This document shows, in pieces, positions 10,000 through 21,100 of a stretch of DNA of 64,000 nucleotides; the first letter of the stretch is position 1; the number at the start of each line of letters is the position of its first letter. Origin of the DNA: a virus (taxonomy: Duplodnaviria > Caudoviricetes); IMG/VR virus record IMGVR_UViG_3300037067_015585, positions 96,001 through 160,000 of that record; one strand, written 5' to 3'. Made by a program: the position numbers and the translations under genes. The notes below the pieces were generated by a model. That model had not been told where the DNA came from, did no database searches, and saw only the letters and a program-made list of their open reading frames with translations.

Positions 10000-10317
10000 T
10001 TACGATAATCCCTGATATAATCTTTGTAGAGTGTTTAGCTGATTTTGTAAACTAGCTATACTAGTCCCTAATGCTTCTTTATATCCAATCAGATCTTCTT
10101 CGTAGAATCTGATTGGCAAGGTTTTTTGTCCAGTGATTCTGTCCCCGATAGTTTGCACAGCGTCCGGTTGCTTTAATGATGTTAACAGTGTATACACCAA
10201 CTTTCCGTCAGGTTGATATGCCATATCTTTAACAATATAAGCCTCAACAAATCCTAATGCAGCCGATTCCCTAAGATATACTACTTGGCCAATATCGTAA
10301 GTTGGTGCTTTAGCCAT
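10000..10317 (-). CDS. hypothetical protein
   Basis: 105-aa ORF coupled to recA (TAATG). Confidence 0.6.
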   Translation of the reverse strand: MAKAPTYDIGQVVYLRESAALGFVEAYIVKDMAYQPDGKLVYTLLTSLKQPDAVQTIGDRITGQKTLPIRFYEEDLIGYKEALGTSIASLQNQLNTLQRLYQGLS

Positions 10318-11456
10318 TACTCGACCTCATCAAACGTTTGTTCATCTGCGTCTTGCTCTTCTGTATCTTTGGTAGAGTCATCTGTAGACGAACAGGTTTC
10401 TTGGTCGGATGCCATTATTCGGTATGTCTCGTCAGAAACTAATTTAAATAATTCCTTGTCGGCAATTAATGTTTCAACTAGTTTCTGCTTTCCAACAGCA
10501 ACTTTACGATCTGCAAAATAATAATTAGATCCCTTCAATACGACTACTGATAATGCGAGAGCGGCATCGATCAACGACTGTGTTTTATTAAACCCGTATA
10601 CTCCGCCAACACCGAAATGGATCTCAAGGGCAGCTGATCGAAATGGTGGAGCAACCTTATTTTTAGCAATTTTGATTTTTGTCACCATACCATATGGATG
10701 ATTACCTTCTCGTAGTGTCTCGGCTCTACGAACTTCCATCCTTACTGAAGAATAAAACTTCAATGCCCTTCCGCCAGGAGTAGTTTCTGGATGCATGTAG
10801 CTCGGACCACCCTGCCCAATTTTATCACGAAGCTGATTTATAAATAGTACCGTTGTGCCAGTTTTTAGACATTTACCAGCCAACTTTCGCATGCTCTTTG
10901 ACATCATTCTAGCTTGCGCACCGATCTGTTTATCACCAATATCGCCATCCAATTCCTCTTGTGGAACTAGTGCGGCAACAGAATCGACAACAACCAACCC
11001 AACTATACCAGAATCTGTGAGTGCTTGAACTATGTCTAGAGCTTGCTCGCCACTATCGGGCTGCGATAATAGCCACTTCTTAACATCGACACCAATATTA
11101 GTAGCCCAATCGTAATCGAGAGCATGCTCAGCATCAACATATGCAACGACCATACCCTGCTGCTGATAACTTGAAACAATTTGCAATGCTAGAGTAGTCT
11201 TACCACTAGATTCAGTACCATATGCTTCTATAATTCTTCCCTCAGGAAGACCGCGACAACCAAGGGCGATATCCAAACTCGGCAACCCTGTTGAGGTTGA
11301 CTTTGTTGGTTTTATTGCTGTTTCGCCACCCCAATGAATTGAATCGCCAAATTTCTTTTCCAAATCGGCTATCATATCATCGAAGCTAATCTTTTCTCCC
11401 GTTTCGTCCGCCGTTGTCTGTGCCGCCGATTTTGTCGATGTTTTCTTTTTTGCCAT
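10317..11456 (-). CDS. recA: recombinase RecA
   Basis: GTESSGKTT, DAEHALD, VVDSVAALVP, FINQLR, GGRALKFYSS, KNKVAPPF. Confidence 0.95.
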   Translation of the reverse strand: MAKKKTSTKSAAQTTADETGEKISFDDMIADLEKKFGDSIHWGGETAIKPTKSTSTGLPSLDIALGCRGLPEGRIIEAYGTESSGKTTLALQIVSSYQQQGMVVAYVDAEHALDYDWATNIGVDVKKWLLSQPDSGEQALDIVQALTDSGIVGLVVVDSVAALVPQEELDGDIGDKQIGAQARMMSKSMRKLAGKCLKTGTTVLFINQLRDKIGQGGPSYMHPETTPGGRALKFYSSVRMEVRRAETLREGNHPYGMVTKIKIAKNKVAPPFRSAALEIHFGVGGVYGFNKTQSLIDAALALSVVVLKGSNYYFADRKVAVGKQKLVETLIADKELFKLVSDETYRIMASDQETCSSTDDSTKDTEEQDADEQTFDEVE

Positions 11457-11748
11457 TCTTTGGGCCTTTGTGGTAACAAATGTTCGTTAAACAATCTATA
11501 ATTTCTTGGCGATCGTGCGTAGCCGCTTTTTTGATATCACTTAATGGAATACGTATTAAAGTTTCATCTTTAGCTAGAAGAGCATCCCCATCGATCAATC
11601 CCACAACACTCCACCTGCCGTGAGGGCTGGTTGAATATCCCGGCCTTGCTGATAACCATCTAACACGCTTGACAGTCAATAATTCTACCTGATCAAGCTG
11701 CTGAATTATCGGCCTAGGTTCGTCTGGTACGTAATTAGAATTATCCAT
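11386..11748 (-). CDS. hypothetical protein
   Basis: 120-aa ORF upstream of recA. Confidence 0.55.
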   Translation of the reverse strand: MDNSNYVPDEPRPIIQQLDQVELLTVKRVRWLSARPGYSTSPHGRWSVVGLIDGDALLAKDETLIRIPLSDIKKAATHDRQEIIDCLTNICYHKGPKNGKKENIDKIGGTDNGGRNGRKD

Positions 11749-11784
11749 TCATCATCCGAGCAAAGATTTTTTCAGGAGAATGCC

Positions 11785-12234
11785 ATGAACAGCAATGAAA
11801 AACTGCTAACCGAAGCAATCCAAACATATCTACAACACAAGGTGCAGCTTGGAGTGCCAGATCCACCTGAAGATTTGGCTGATGTTGATTCTAAGTCATT
11901 ACAATACTTGCATGAGCAAATCAATGATTTGTTCGAGCTAAAATCGATTGATCTTGTGTGCCATGAGGGTGTGTGTAGAGCCTTCAGGAAAGTTCACAGC
12001 TATAAATATATTACAGATCCTCTTTTCCAAAAGACCTTGATGCAGGAAATGCATAGTCAAGGCGTGCTCGGCACTGAACAAGAAAAAGTAATTGGAATAT
12101 TAGATACGATTAAAGAAGAAGTCAGCGAAGGCGATGGATGGAATGAACAAGATGCTGGCTATCATCCCGATCTAAAGGGAATAATCGCTGTCAGTAAGCC
12201 TGGACAATCGCCCGGTAGCACAGAAAGCGAATAA
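11785..12234 (+). CDS. hypothetical protein
   Basis: AGGAG RBS, 149 aa. Confidence 0.65.
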   Translation: MNSNEKLLTEAIQTYLQHKVQLGVPDPPEDLADVDSKSLQYLHEQINDLFELKSIDLVCHEGVCRAFRKVHSYKYITDPLFQKTLMQEMHSQGVLGTEQEKVIGILDTIKEEVSEGDGWNEQDAGYHPDLKGIIAVSKPGQSPGSTESE

Positions 12235-12482
12235 TGAAATTATTATTGCTAAGCGAAGGCGATCTTATAAAGGCACTAGCGCGTGCTTGTGGTTCACAAT
12301 ATGGACGTAAGCCGCTATTGCAGATGAGCACTATTGATACTAAGCCCGAAAACGGAGGAGATTCTGGCTCTAGAGCCACCGGTTTCACTTCTCAATCTAG
12401 TGGCACACCAATGAAACCGAGGCATAGAAGATTCTTGGGTGTATCGACAAGACAATTTAGTCTATCGCCACCTGGTCTTTAG
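12234..12482 (+). CDS. hypothetical protein
   Basis: TAATG coupling; N-terminus MKLLLLSEG. Confidence 0.5.
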   Translation: MKLLLLSEGDLIKALARACGSQYGRKPLLQMSTIDTKPENGGDSGSRATGFTSQSSGTPMKPRHRRFLGVSTRQFSLSPPGL

Positions 12483-12660
12483 AATTTGCTGCCTTTTTAA
12501 GATCTTGTATTATCTCTCGATCAATCTCATCACGTATAATACTCGGATCTGCAATAGCAGCATTCATCATTCTTTGTATTATTTCGCGATCGATTCTATT
12601 ACGCATAATATTTAGATCTGAAATAGTAGCGCCAGCAATATCGTATTCTTGTGTTTCCAT
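12457..12660 (-). CDS. hypothetical protein
   Basis: AGGAG RBS; internal IDREIIQ duplication. Confidence 0.5.
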   Translation of the reverse strand: METQEYDIAGATISDLNIMRNRIDREIIQRMMNAAIADPSIIRDEIDREIIQDLKKAANSKDQVAID

Positions 12661-12674
12661 CTATAATCTCCTAG

Positions 12675-13466
12675 CTAAACCATACAAGAGCCATCACATT
12701 TCGGACAAACAATAGTCTCTGTCGGGCTCTTTGAAATAATTCCTTCACCTTTGCACATAGGACAACGACGAACATCATATCCGTCCTTGAAAGAATGTGC
12801 TGTTCCTGATTCGTCGGCAACAGAAGCATTAGCCTGTTGCTTGAATCTGCGTTGTAATTCAGCGTCGGTCATAGCTTTAGAAATTCTAACCCTTGTAGTA
12901 CCAAGGCCATCTTGTCTAATAGCTGGAATCGCCATTGGTGTGCCATGTCTGCCTTCGGCAAGTTCCATTTTTACTAGACCTTCTCTGGAACCTTCTGGGA
13001 GCTTGCTACTAAGATCGTTTGGATCATAAGCGCTGTGTCTTTCAACACCAGTACCATTAATAGATCCTGATAACCCAGAAACACGTCTTTGCATAACATT
13101 ATCGACCTCAGAAGCCGATAACACGCCATCTTCTCTACCCCCATGCAGTTCACTTACAACCTGCTCCTTGATGACTGTTTTTTGCGTTTGTGCTTCTGCT
13201 CTTGGTGCTGCTACTATAGATAGGCTTCCTTGAGGCACTACAGTCATCCCAAGTTTAGCTGCTTGAGCTAAAAATTCCTGCATTTGCGCATCTCGCTCCG
13301 ACTTCCATTTTAGATATGCAGCTTTGGCCTTTTTAGGGGTTATATCATCTGCATGCTCTGCACAAACTTTCACGGTAATCTTTTGATCGTCGATAGTGAC
13401 AACTAGTTCAGTGTCGAGATCTTTAGTAGAACCACATATAATACAATTGTCGTTTTGCATGGCCAC
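12675..13466 (-). CDS. hypothetical protein with zinc fingers
   Basis: N-terminal CIIC...CAEH and C-terminal DnaJ-like CPMCKGEG...CPKCDGS. Confidence 0.65.
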   Translation of the reverse strand: MAMQNDNCIICGSTKDLDTELVVTIDDQKITVKVCAEHADDITPKKAKAAYLKWKSERDAQMQEFLAQAAKLGMTVVPQGSLSIVAAPRAEAQTQKTVIKEQVVSELHGGREDGVLSASEVDNVMQRRVSGLSGSINGTGVERHSAYDPNDLSSKLPEGSREGLVKMELAEGRHGTPMAIPAIRQDGLGTTRVRISKAMTDAELQRRFKQQANASVADESGTAHSFKDGYDVRRCPMCKGEGIISKSPTETIVCPKCDGSCMV

Positions 13467-13520
13467 CTTCGTATTTTAATGTCGTACCTCAAATACAGCA
13501 ACTCGCACCAATTATATACT

Positions 13521-13916
13521 ATGACAAAAATCAACATTATTGCAGTAGACCTTGGTGATCCGATAGAAAAAATTATTGCCGAGGATGTACGACAATTAAG
13601 TGAAGAAACTATAGCAAATATCAAAATGGCTGCTAATGAGAAAATGATCGGACCGGTTAGGACTGATCCTGAAACGTTAGCTACAGAGGCTGCTTATCAA
13701 TTATTGCTGGCAGAAATATCGAAAGATCCAGTAGAAATCGACAGGCTTATCGCAGCCGCAAGCCCTGCCGTAACAAATCCATCATCGTTAATGATGCGTA
13801 TGAAGGGATTATTAAAAGCAAAGGGTAATGATTATTATATTAAAAGAAGTACGCGAGGTGGTAAGCCTGTTTATAGGTTGATACCATACAATTTAGAAGC
13901 TACTCGTGAAGAGTAG
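13521..13916 (+). CDS. hypothetical protein (possible winged helix)
   Basis: Likely ATG at 13521; helix-helix-wing-like C-terminus. Confidence 0.55.
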   Translation: MTKINIIAVDLGDPIEKIIAEDVRQLSEETIANIKMAANEKMIGPVRTDPETLATEAAYQLLLAEISKDPVEIDRLIAAASPAVTNPSSLMMRMKGLLKAKGNDYYIKRSTRGGKPVYRLIPYNLEATREE

Positions 13917-14619
13917 TTGATTGAATACGTTTTATAAGCTTGGCTAGAATTGCAATTTGATGTTTGAAATCTGCACGCCTTGATTTATCTGCCAAATTTA
14001 ATGGTGACGGATGATATGCGGCAAATATCTTAACGCCGAATTCTTCACTTTTCGTTATTTTCCCCAACGATTCTGAATATCTAATGCCTGGACATAGCGC
14101 CTCGAACGCCGACGCACCAAGAGTTATTACTAACAATGGATTTATTAGCCCAATCTCCATCATCAGAAAAGGTTTACATTTCTGAGTTTGTTGGTAATTT
14201 GGCTTTGCATTATCTTTCACGAAGCACTTAATAGTATTCGTTATATAGAATAAAGATCTATCAATACCATTATTAGCTAATTCGTCGTCGAAGTTCTTAC
14301 CAGACGCACCAATAAATGGAGTTCCTTTAGTTATTTCGTCCCATCCTGGCCCTTGCCCGCAAACAAAAAACCTTGTCGGATTCATATTAGATAATACATG
14401 TGGATCGCGACAAATACCATTCCTCTCTGCGTCCTTTCTACCAAGTTCGCAACACGTACAAGCACTACAACACAAGCTCATCTGCTTCAGCATCCTTAGT
14501 TTGCGTTCGAAAGGACTTTCGTTTTTACCCATAATTCCAACATCCCAATTGCAAATAATTTCACGTTCCCTAAAAGAATAATTAGGGCCAGCTTCCCAAT
14601 TAAAAATTTCTAAATCCAT
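13900..14619 (-). CDS. uracil-DNA glycosylase, family 4 (Fe-S)
   Basis: C-x2-C, GQGPG, PFIGASG, TNTIKC, LGASA, YHPSP. Confidence 0.9.
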   Translation of the reverse strand: MDLEIFNWEAGPNYSFREREIICNWDVGIMGKNESPFERKLRMLKQMSLCCSACTCCELGRKDAERNGICRDPHVLSNMNPTRFFVCGQGPGWDEITKGTPFIGASGKNFDDELANNGIDRSLFYITNTIKCFVKDNAKPNYQQTQKCKPFLMMEIGLINPLLVITLGASAFEALCPGIRYSESLGKITKSEEFGVKIFAAYHPSPLNLADKSRRADFKHQIAILAKLIKRIQSTTLHE

Positions 14620-14655
14620 AGGTAAATAATACTAAAGTGAATTATAGGACATATT

Positions 14656-15141
14656 ATGCTGACTACCGACAAACGCGGGATTATTTGTGATCGCTGTAAT
14701 ATGAATGTAGTCGAAAAGTTTACGTACTATTCATTCGATGCAAAGGAAGTGTCTGTCGTCAACAATTCGATGTCGTTTATAAATTCAGAATCTTCTGCTT
14801 ATTCTTTCGATATTTGTCAACGATGCATGGAGGAAATGAAGGCGATCATTATAAAATGCTATAAGCCGAGCAGAATTATTAATAATAGATCGTGCCCGCA
14901 AGGAGTTTTTTGCGACCTTAGCGGCATTCATATGATTGGTACATTTACATGCTATTATATATGTGTTTCGATAGTTATTGTAAATATCGATATGAATCCA
15001 TCAGCGAACATCAAAGATGATAAATACTTAGAGTTGTGGGTATCGACTGACGCTTTCACACAATTGAAAAACAGAGCAATAGAAATCAAAACCAATAAGG
15101 ATAATAAAACATGGTCAGCACAAGCGATACAAACAAAATAA
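14656..15141 (+). CDS. Cys-rich hypothetical protein
   Basis: CDRC...CQRC pairs; AGGA RBS. Confidence 0.6.
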   Translation: MLTTDKRGIICDRCNMNVVEKFTYYSFDAKEVSVVNNSMSFINSESSAYSFDICQRCMEEMKAIIIKCYKPSRIINNRSCPQGVFCDLSGIHMIGTFTCYYICVSIVIVNIDMNPSANIKDDKYLELWVSTDAFTQLKNRAIEIKTNKDNKTWSAQAIQTK

Positions 15142-15560
15142 TATTGCCACAACCAGAAAATTCAACGCAATATCAGCTTGTCACTTTTATGGTCGCTATC
15201 CCTACACAAACCCCAACTACAACATCAGAAACACAAGGAAGACCTTTTGAGTTCGTTGAAGATAAGCCGTCAAAATTTTCTGTAATGTGCCCATTCTGTT
15301 GTGCTGGCTTATATGTCGATGTGCATGATATCACAGAAAAATATGGATACAAATTCATATCATGTTCAGAATGCAATGCTGGAAAGCCAGAACCAGTGAA
15401 AAAAATACCAGCGATGCCAGATCCGTTTGTAAACCCATTTAGCAGCAAGCAACTTAATCGTTGCGAATTAGACGAGACTGTGACGCCAATCGATAGCATA
15501 CAAGACGATGGCTCACTAACCGTCGCACAGAAAATGTCGAGAGTAGCATGCACGGAGTGA
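15111..15560 (+). CDS. zinc-ribbon hypothetical protein
   Basis: CPFC...CSEC. Confidence 0.55.
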   Translation: MVSTSDTNKIILPQPENSTQYQLVTFMVAIPTQTPTTTSETQGRPFEFVEDKPSKFSVMCPFCCAGLYVDVHDITEKYGYKFISCSECNAGKPEPVKKIPAMPDPFVNPFSSKQLNRCELDETVTPIDSIQDDGSLTVAQKMSRVACTE

Positions 15561-16465
15561 TATTAGGTAGTGGAATCGTTGGTCTACTTGCTAAAGAGAT
15601 TTTGGGTAGTCAATGGCAAGTCATCCCATTCACACGCTCTCGTTTTTATAGCTTCCGCCCAGCGTTGGCTGATAATTTCATCATTAGAGATGAACGAATA
15701 GATGATTTGATTGCACATTTGGGTGGTAAAATATCATTTATATATAAAACATCATATTCGCTTGGCGGAAGTTTGTTGCCGCCAGACGATCTTATTATTA
15801 CTACGTGGTTGAATAAAGTATTCGGCATAGAAGTCCCAAATCAAGCCTTACCATGTATCAAATCGAGAGGTAATCACTTCATATATGATATTAAAGTAAA
15901 TCAACTATATCGTCAATTACAAAGCAAATACAACCAAAGTCTAGTAAACGATAGTAAAAGAGGCATGGTGTCAGAGATAGGAGATCATTATTTGGTCTGG
16001 GGAGGCCAAAGAATAGACTTCGATCATATGATTAGTACTGTCCAACTATCAAAATTGTTTGAATTAACTAAGCTACCGCACGACAAATTATCAACGGCAC
16101 AAATCTGGTATTATCATGTTGAAACAAACAGCCTAAACTTTGAAGGTGCTAATCAGGTGTTAGTAGCAGATGATATAATAGATTTTTTCAAGGTGAGTAA
16201 TATTGCTGAAAATCGCTACCTATTTTATTTTTCTCATGACATACCAATACCAGGTCCATATTTTATGCAGTTCATGCAGCAATTTGATTTGATTGATGGG
16301 ACAACAATTGCTGGTGCTATCCCAAAAGGACAAAGACCAAATCTAAATGCAATTGAAAAGCTTGGTATCGAGTGTATAGGTGCGATGGCTGAACACGATT
16401 ATTTCATGGATCTAGGTAGCTGTCTAGTGAAATTATTACGTCGCAAAACTGCGTTGACTACATAG
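15548..16465 (+). CDS. FAD/NAD-binding Rossmann-fold oxidoreductase-like protein
   Basis: N-terminal VILGSGIVGL, DHMISTV, C-terminal IGAMAEH..MD. Confidence 0.55.
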   Translation: MHGVILGSGIVGLLAKEILGSQWQVIPFTRSRFYSFRPALADNFIIRDERIDDLIAHLGGKISFIYKTSYSLGGSLLPPDDLIITTWLNKVFGIEVPNQALPCIKSRGNHFIYDIKVNQLYRQLQSKYNQSLVNDSKRGMVSEIGDHYLVWGGQRIDFDHMISTVQLSKLFELTKLPHDKLSTAQIWYYHVETNSLNFEGANQVLVADDIIDFFKVSNIAENRYLFYFSHDIPIPGPYFMQFMQQFDLIDGTTIAGAIPKGQRPNLNAIEKLGIECIGAMAEHDYFMDLGSCLVKLLRRKTALTT

Positions 16466-16473
16466 ACTAGACA

Positions 16474-18057
16474 TTACAATTCCGCGTCAACTGTCCAATG
16501 CCATCGTGCAAGATTGCCAACCGTCAACACACCACTTGCACCATTGATTTGTGAAGCTCTTTGGCCAGAATAATCAGTGCCAGTTGCCGAGCGATCACCT
16601 ATCCACGTCATAGAAGTATTGACTTCTGCAAAACAATTTACTACACCATCGATCGAATAAATTGTTGGTTTGGTTGCTATTCTTTTCGTGGTCTTATACG
16701 TCATTGTTGGACACGATAATATATTAGTTGTTCCTGACGAACCGTTAAAGATCTGACTAAACTCTGCGCCAATTGATGTGCTTGTACCAGGTTTTACATC
16801 TAAATCATAGCTCTTCTCATAGTATCTCTGACATAATGCGAGTTCCTCGGCTGTTGGTCTTGGACTTCGAACACAGGAACCACCAATATGACAATCGGCG
16901 TTAAATATTGTTATTTCCATTCCTTGTACTACTGGTGATTCAGTCCAGAAAAAAACAATCAGGTTATTGCAAGAACTACTTATTGCAGATTTCAAAACAA
17001 CCGGCACATTAGTTCCAGGAGCAACATAGCCAACACCAGCCACAGTTATATTACTACTAAGAAAGAAATTGTTTGCTGCATATACAAAACTAGTCCAATC
17101 CTTGACAATATCACTAGTCACTGCGTCTGCAACACCAGTCCATTCAAGTATAGCATATCGCATATTTGAAGTAGACGTATTAGTTATCGACGCTTGTAGC
17201 GTAACAATCTGATTACGCAATGAAAAAGAATTGAATCCTTCGACTATCTGCAATAATCCCATTCTTTGAGCTGTTGTATTGGATTGTATCATCATTCCGC
17301 CGAACGGCCCTGGTAATGATGATGTTCCAGTATCAGGGTTCCATCTCATCGTCTGTATTGGGTTCGATTGCGTCAGTGATATCCATCGATCTAGACAATA
17401 GGAATCGTCTGCAGAAGTAAATGGCCTCGTGCCTGTGTTATTATTGCGTTGAAAGAAATCAAATCCACCATTTATTATTACGTTTCCACCGATTGATCCA
17501 CTATCTAAGCCTATAGGTCCTGTTGCACCGATAGCTCCAGTTACACCAATTACACCAGTAGCGCCAATATACCCAGTTGAACCTGTAGCTCCATTAACAC
17601 CATCTAAGCCTGATGCACCCAAGCCAGTGGCCCCGATTCCAGACGCACCTTGAACACCTGTTGCACCAGAAGCACCAGAGGCACCGCTAAAACCTGTAGC
17701 ACCGTTTGTTCCTGTAGATCCGGTCAAACCACTAGCACCTTGTGTGCCAGTAGCACCAGTAGCACCCGTAAGACCGCCAGATGGACCTGTAGCACCTCTG
17801 ATACCTGTAGCTCCTGTTGCTCCCGTGGGCCCTCCTGATGGTCCCGTTGCACCAGAAGCACCGGCACGGCCAGTGGGGCCAGTGGTGCCTTGTGTGCCAG
17901 AAAATACTCCTTCCGAACCGTCTTGAAATCGACAATGGACAGATACAGTAGATCCAGATGTAACAAACCACTCATAAACAGTATTATCTGGTGGATTGTC
18001 AAATTCTGATTCTGGTGGATTTGATAGCTGGATAACTCTGAGTTCTTTGAATTTCAT
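16474..18057 (-). CDS. collagen-like tail/head fibre protein
   Basis: G-A-T/G-A-S triplets followed by phage fibre domain motifs [29 protein letters not shown]. Confidence 0.8.
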   Translation of the reverse strand: MKFKELRVIQLSNPPESEFDNPPDNTVYEWFVTSGSTVSVHCRFQDGSEGVFSGTQGTTGPTGRAGASGATGPSGGPTGATGATGIRGATGPSGGLTGATGATGTQGASGLTGSTGTNGATGFSGASGASGATGVQGASGIGATGLGASGLDGVNGATGSTGYIGATGVIGVTGAIGATGPIGLDSGSIGGNVIINGGFDFFQRNNNTGTRPFTSADDSYCLDRWISLTQSNPIQTMRWNPDTGTSSLPGPFGGMMIQSNTTAQRMGLLQIVEGFNSFSLRNQIVTLQASITNTSTSNMRYAILEWTGVADAVTSDIVKDWTSFVYAANNFFLSSNITVAGVGYVAPGTNVPVVLKSAISSSCNNLIVFFWTESPVVQGMEITIFNADCHIGGSCVRSPRPTAEELALCQRYYEKSYDLDVKPGTSTSIGAEFSQIFNGSSGTTNILSCPTMTYKTTKRIATKPTIYSIDGVVNCFAEVNTSMTWIGDRSATGTDYSGQRASQINGASGVLTVGNLARWHWTVDAEL

Positions 18058-18117
18058 AATACACCAATTAACAAGTGATGTCTGTCTTTATTATGTTTGG
18101 CTGTATAAAATTACAAT

Positions 18118-21100
18118 CTATCTTGCATTAAACAACCAATATACATCAGTTGGTGTAACTACATCGGAGGCATTGCCACTTGATGCCCATATTTCAAAAT
18201 AATCATTCTTAACAACATTATTTAGATATATCGGTATTGCAAATGGGTAAGGTTGAGATGCCGTAGCAGTTCTGACAGAAAATGGGCTAATTATATTACC
18301 GGAGCCATTTTTCATCACTCCTATATTTATCGTTCTATTGGCTTGATTTACTGAAATATTACCAGTCAGCCATATGGTCGCATCTTTCTTGTGATCGCTC
18401 TGATATGTTATTCTATTATTTGTAATTGACACCTTACAAGTATAAAATGATGGAGTCACTACAACCGAAGCAGTGGTTGTTAATCCACTTATATTACATG
18501 TCACGGCGACCCAACCCTCTCCATCAGTCGTAAATTCTATTGTCCATTCTTTAGATGCAGTTATCTGTGTAACAGTACAAGCAGTGACATTACTTAAGTT
18601 ATTAATGGCCGTCTGAAAATTAGCTGCGGTTATACTATATGCGAGAGCTGCAGTTGTCTGGTCACCAACGGTAACTGTAAATGTCCCAGCAGTCGCAGCA
18701 CTATCAAAATTTATGTCTACCTTACTATTAAAGCCGTTAAGCTTATAGTAGGTGTTCGCTGCTGTCATTGTTGTTGTTATTGTGCTGTCTGTAGTATTAT
18801 TCTTGGCGTGTGGTGTATTGTCGGGATATCCAACATTTCCTATGATTTCGATGTTTGCATCTCTACCAGATGCCAACGTAAAGTCGAATCCACTAAGAAG
18901 AGTCCCAGTATTATTATATGTGCAGTTGTAAATATTAGTATCATCACCAGTTAAGTAATTTGTCCCGTCATATATAATTCCAGTTTGACCTGATGTTGTG
19001 TGCTCGAATACGATATGAGCAATATAAAACTCGCTTGTCGATCCAGTTTTTGTCAGTCCAATACCAGTAGTACAGTCAATAAAATTGCCGACCTCTATAT
19101 CTTGGCTAATTGTCGTTAAGCCTGTAGTCGTATTATTAATTGACACACCAACACTACATTTTTCAATATAGAAGTTAAATAAGAAAAATCCAACACCAAT
19201 CAGATCTGCTATTCCAATCTTAAAATTGTTTATCGTTAAATCTGTAAATTCTGAATATATGCCAGATGTTGTATCATATGTGATACAATTCTCACCAGCA
19301 GCTGTGCCATAGTTAGATAATGTCGATCCATCGAAATCTAACCTAAAGAAATCGCAACTACTCTGCAAGTTAAACATCGGCTTTCCTGTCAAGCCGGTTG
19401 CAGCTTGTAAAACTGTCCCTTCGCCTGGGCCTCTTATAATAAGATGATGTGATGAGTTATTAATTGTGATGGTGTCTGCTACTTGGTGTGTTCCGCAATC
19501 CAATAATATTTCTTTATCTGATGCTGCACTAGCATTAAACCAATCTACTGCTGCTTTTAAAGTCGCATAATCGCCTTTAGTCCCAACGACAATTCTGTTT
19601 GCGAAACTGCCTGGTCCTGTCGCTCCGGTTAAGCCTGTAGCACCTGTCGCTCCGGTTAAGCCTGTAGCACCTGTCGCTCCGGTTAAGCCTGTAGCACCTG
19701 TCGCTCCGGTTAAGCCTGTCGAACCAGTTGATCCTGTTAAACCGGTAGCACCGTTGATAGCCAATCCAGTGGCACCAGTAGCACCCATTGGGCCAGTAGA
19801 GCCAAATGTTGATGCTAAAGTTTCTAGTGCATCTTTTACTGTAGTTCCACTAACAGTCGAATCGTTTGCAACGTGACTTGCTGGTCTAAATATAAGTGCT
19901 GTTCCAGTTACAGAGCCACTAGCAATAAATGCTAAAGCTCCAAGAAGCGTAATCTTGCTGCCGCATACTACATTGCCATATGCGACACATCCGTTTATTA
20001 AATTCGGGTTTGTCGATGTACTACTACTGGCTGAGATATCAACAGATGGACCGCCGCCAGAATTTAACATCTGCGAATCTACCAACACAACAGTTCCGCC
20101 TGTTGTTATGATAATCGGGTCTGATGCACGAGATCCAGAAACCAACATTGAGTTTAATATTATCGATCCGGCCGTCTGGTTAATAGCTGGTGCATTCCCA
20201 GATGACGCAATTGTAGCAAGAAAAGATTGATACTTGCCAGATGAGTTCATTGTTAGTGGTGTAACGCCACTTGCTGTTCCTGCTATGTGAAAATTCCAGG
20301 CTTGTATAATTGCAGTACCAGCGACTATGACAGCACATGATGCAAAGCCGTCTTCCAGCATACAGTTTGCATTTATTGTAAATGTTTTGCTTGTGCCTGT
20401 CAATGTAAAATATCGCAAACTAACAACATTACCAGAAGTTATAGTCACATTACCAGATATTGGCAATCTATTCGCACCATAGCCTTCTAATGACACACCT
20501 GCTGGTAATGTCACATCTTCATTATATGATGAGGCGCAATAAGCTATTTTTATTAAACAACCATCGTCTGCAATAGCAGTAGCCGCACCAATTGATAAGA
20601 ATGGTCTATCTATAGATCCGTCTGGTGTATATGTGTCTGTTCTATTCTTATCAACATATAAAACTTTTGTTATTTGTGGTATGAATTCTGGTCCAATTGG
20701 TCCTGTCGCACCAGTTAAACCAGTGGTACCGGTTAAGCCTGTTGCACCACTAATACCAGTAGCACCAGTTAAGCCGATATCGCCCTGTAAACCAGTGGCA
20801 CCAGATGCACCTAATCCCGTTAAGCCAGTTGATCCAGTTAATCCCGTAGAGCCAGTTAATCCCGTAGAGCCAGTTGAGCCGGTCAATCCAGTAGCACCTG
20901 TGGCACCAGATGCTCCACTTATACCAGTAGAACCAGTGAGACCTGTTGCACCAGTAGCACCTGTCGGCGCAATAATATTGAATGTCGTATCAACATATGA
21001 TCCTCTTGTAGTACCTTGATATATAAATGTGACTGTCCTAGAGCCACTACCAGCTGTCGTATATGCAAGTACTCTTACTATTAGCCTATCAGTTGCAAGA

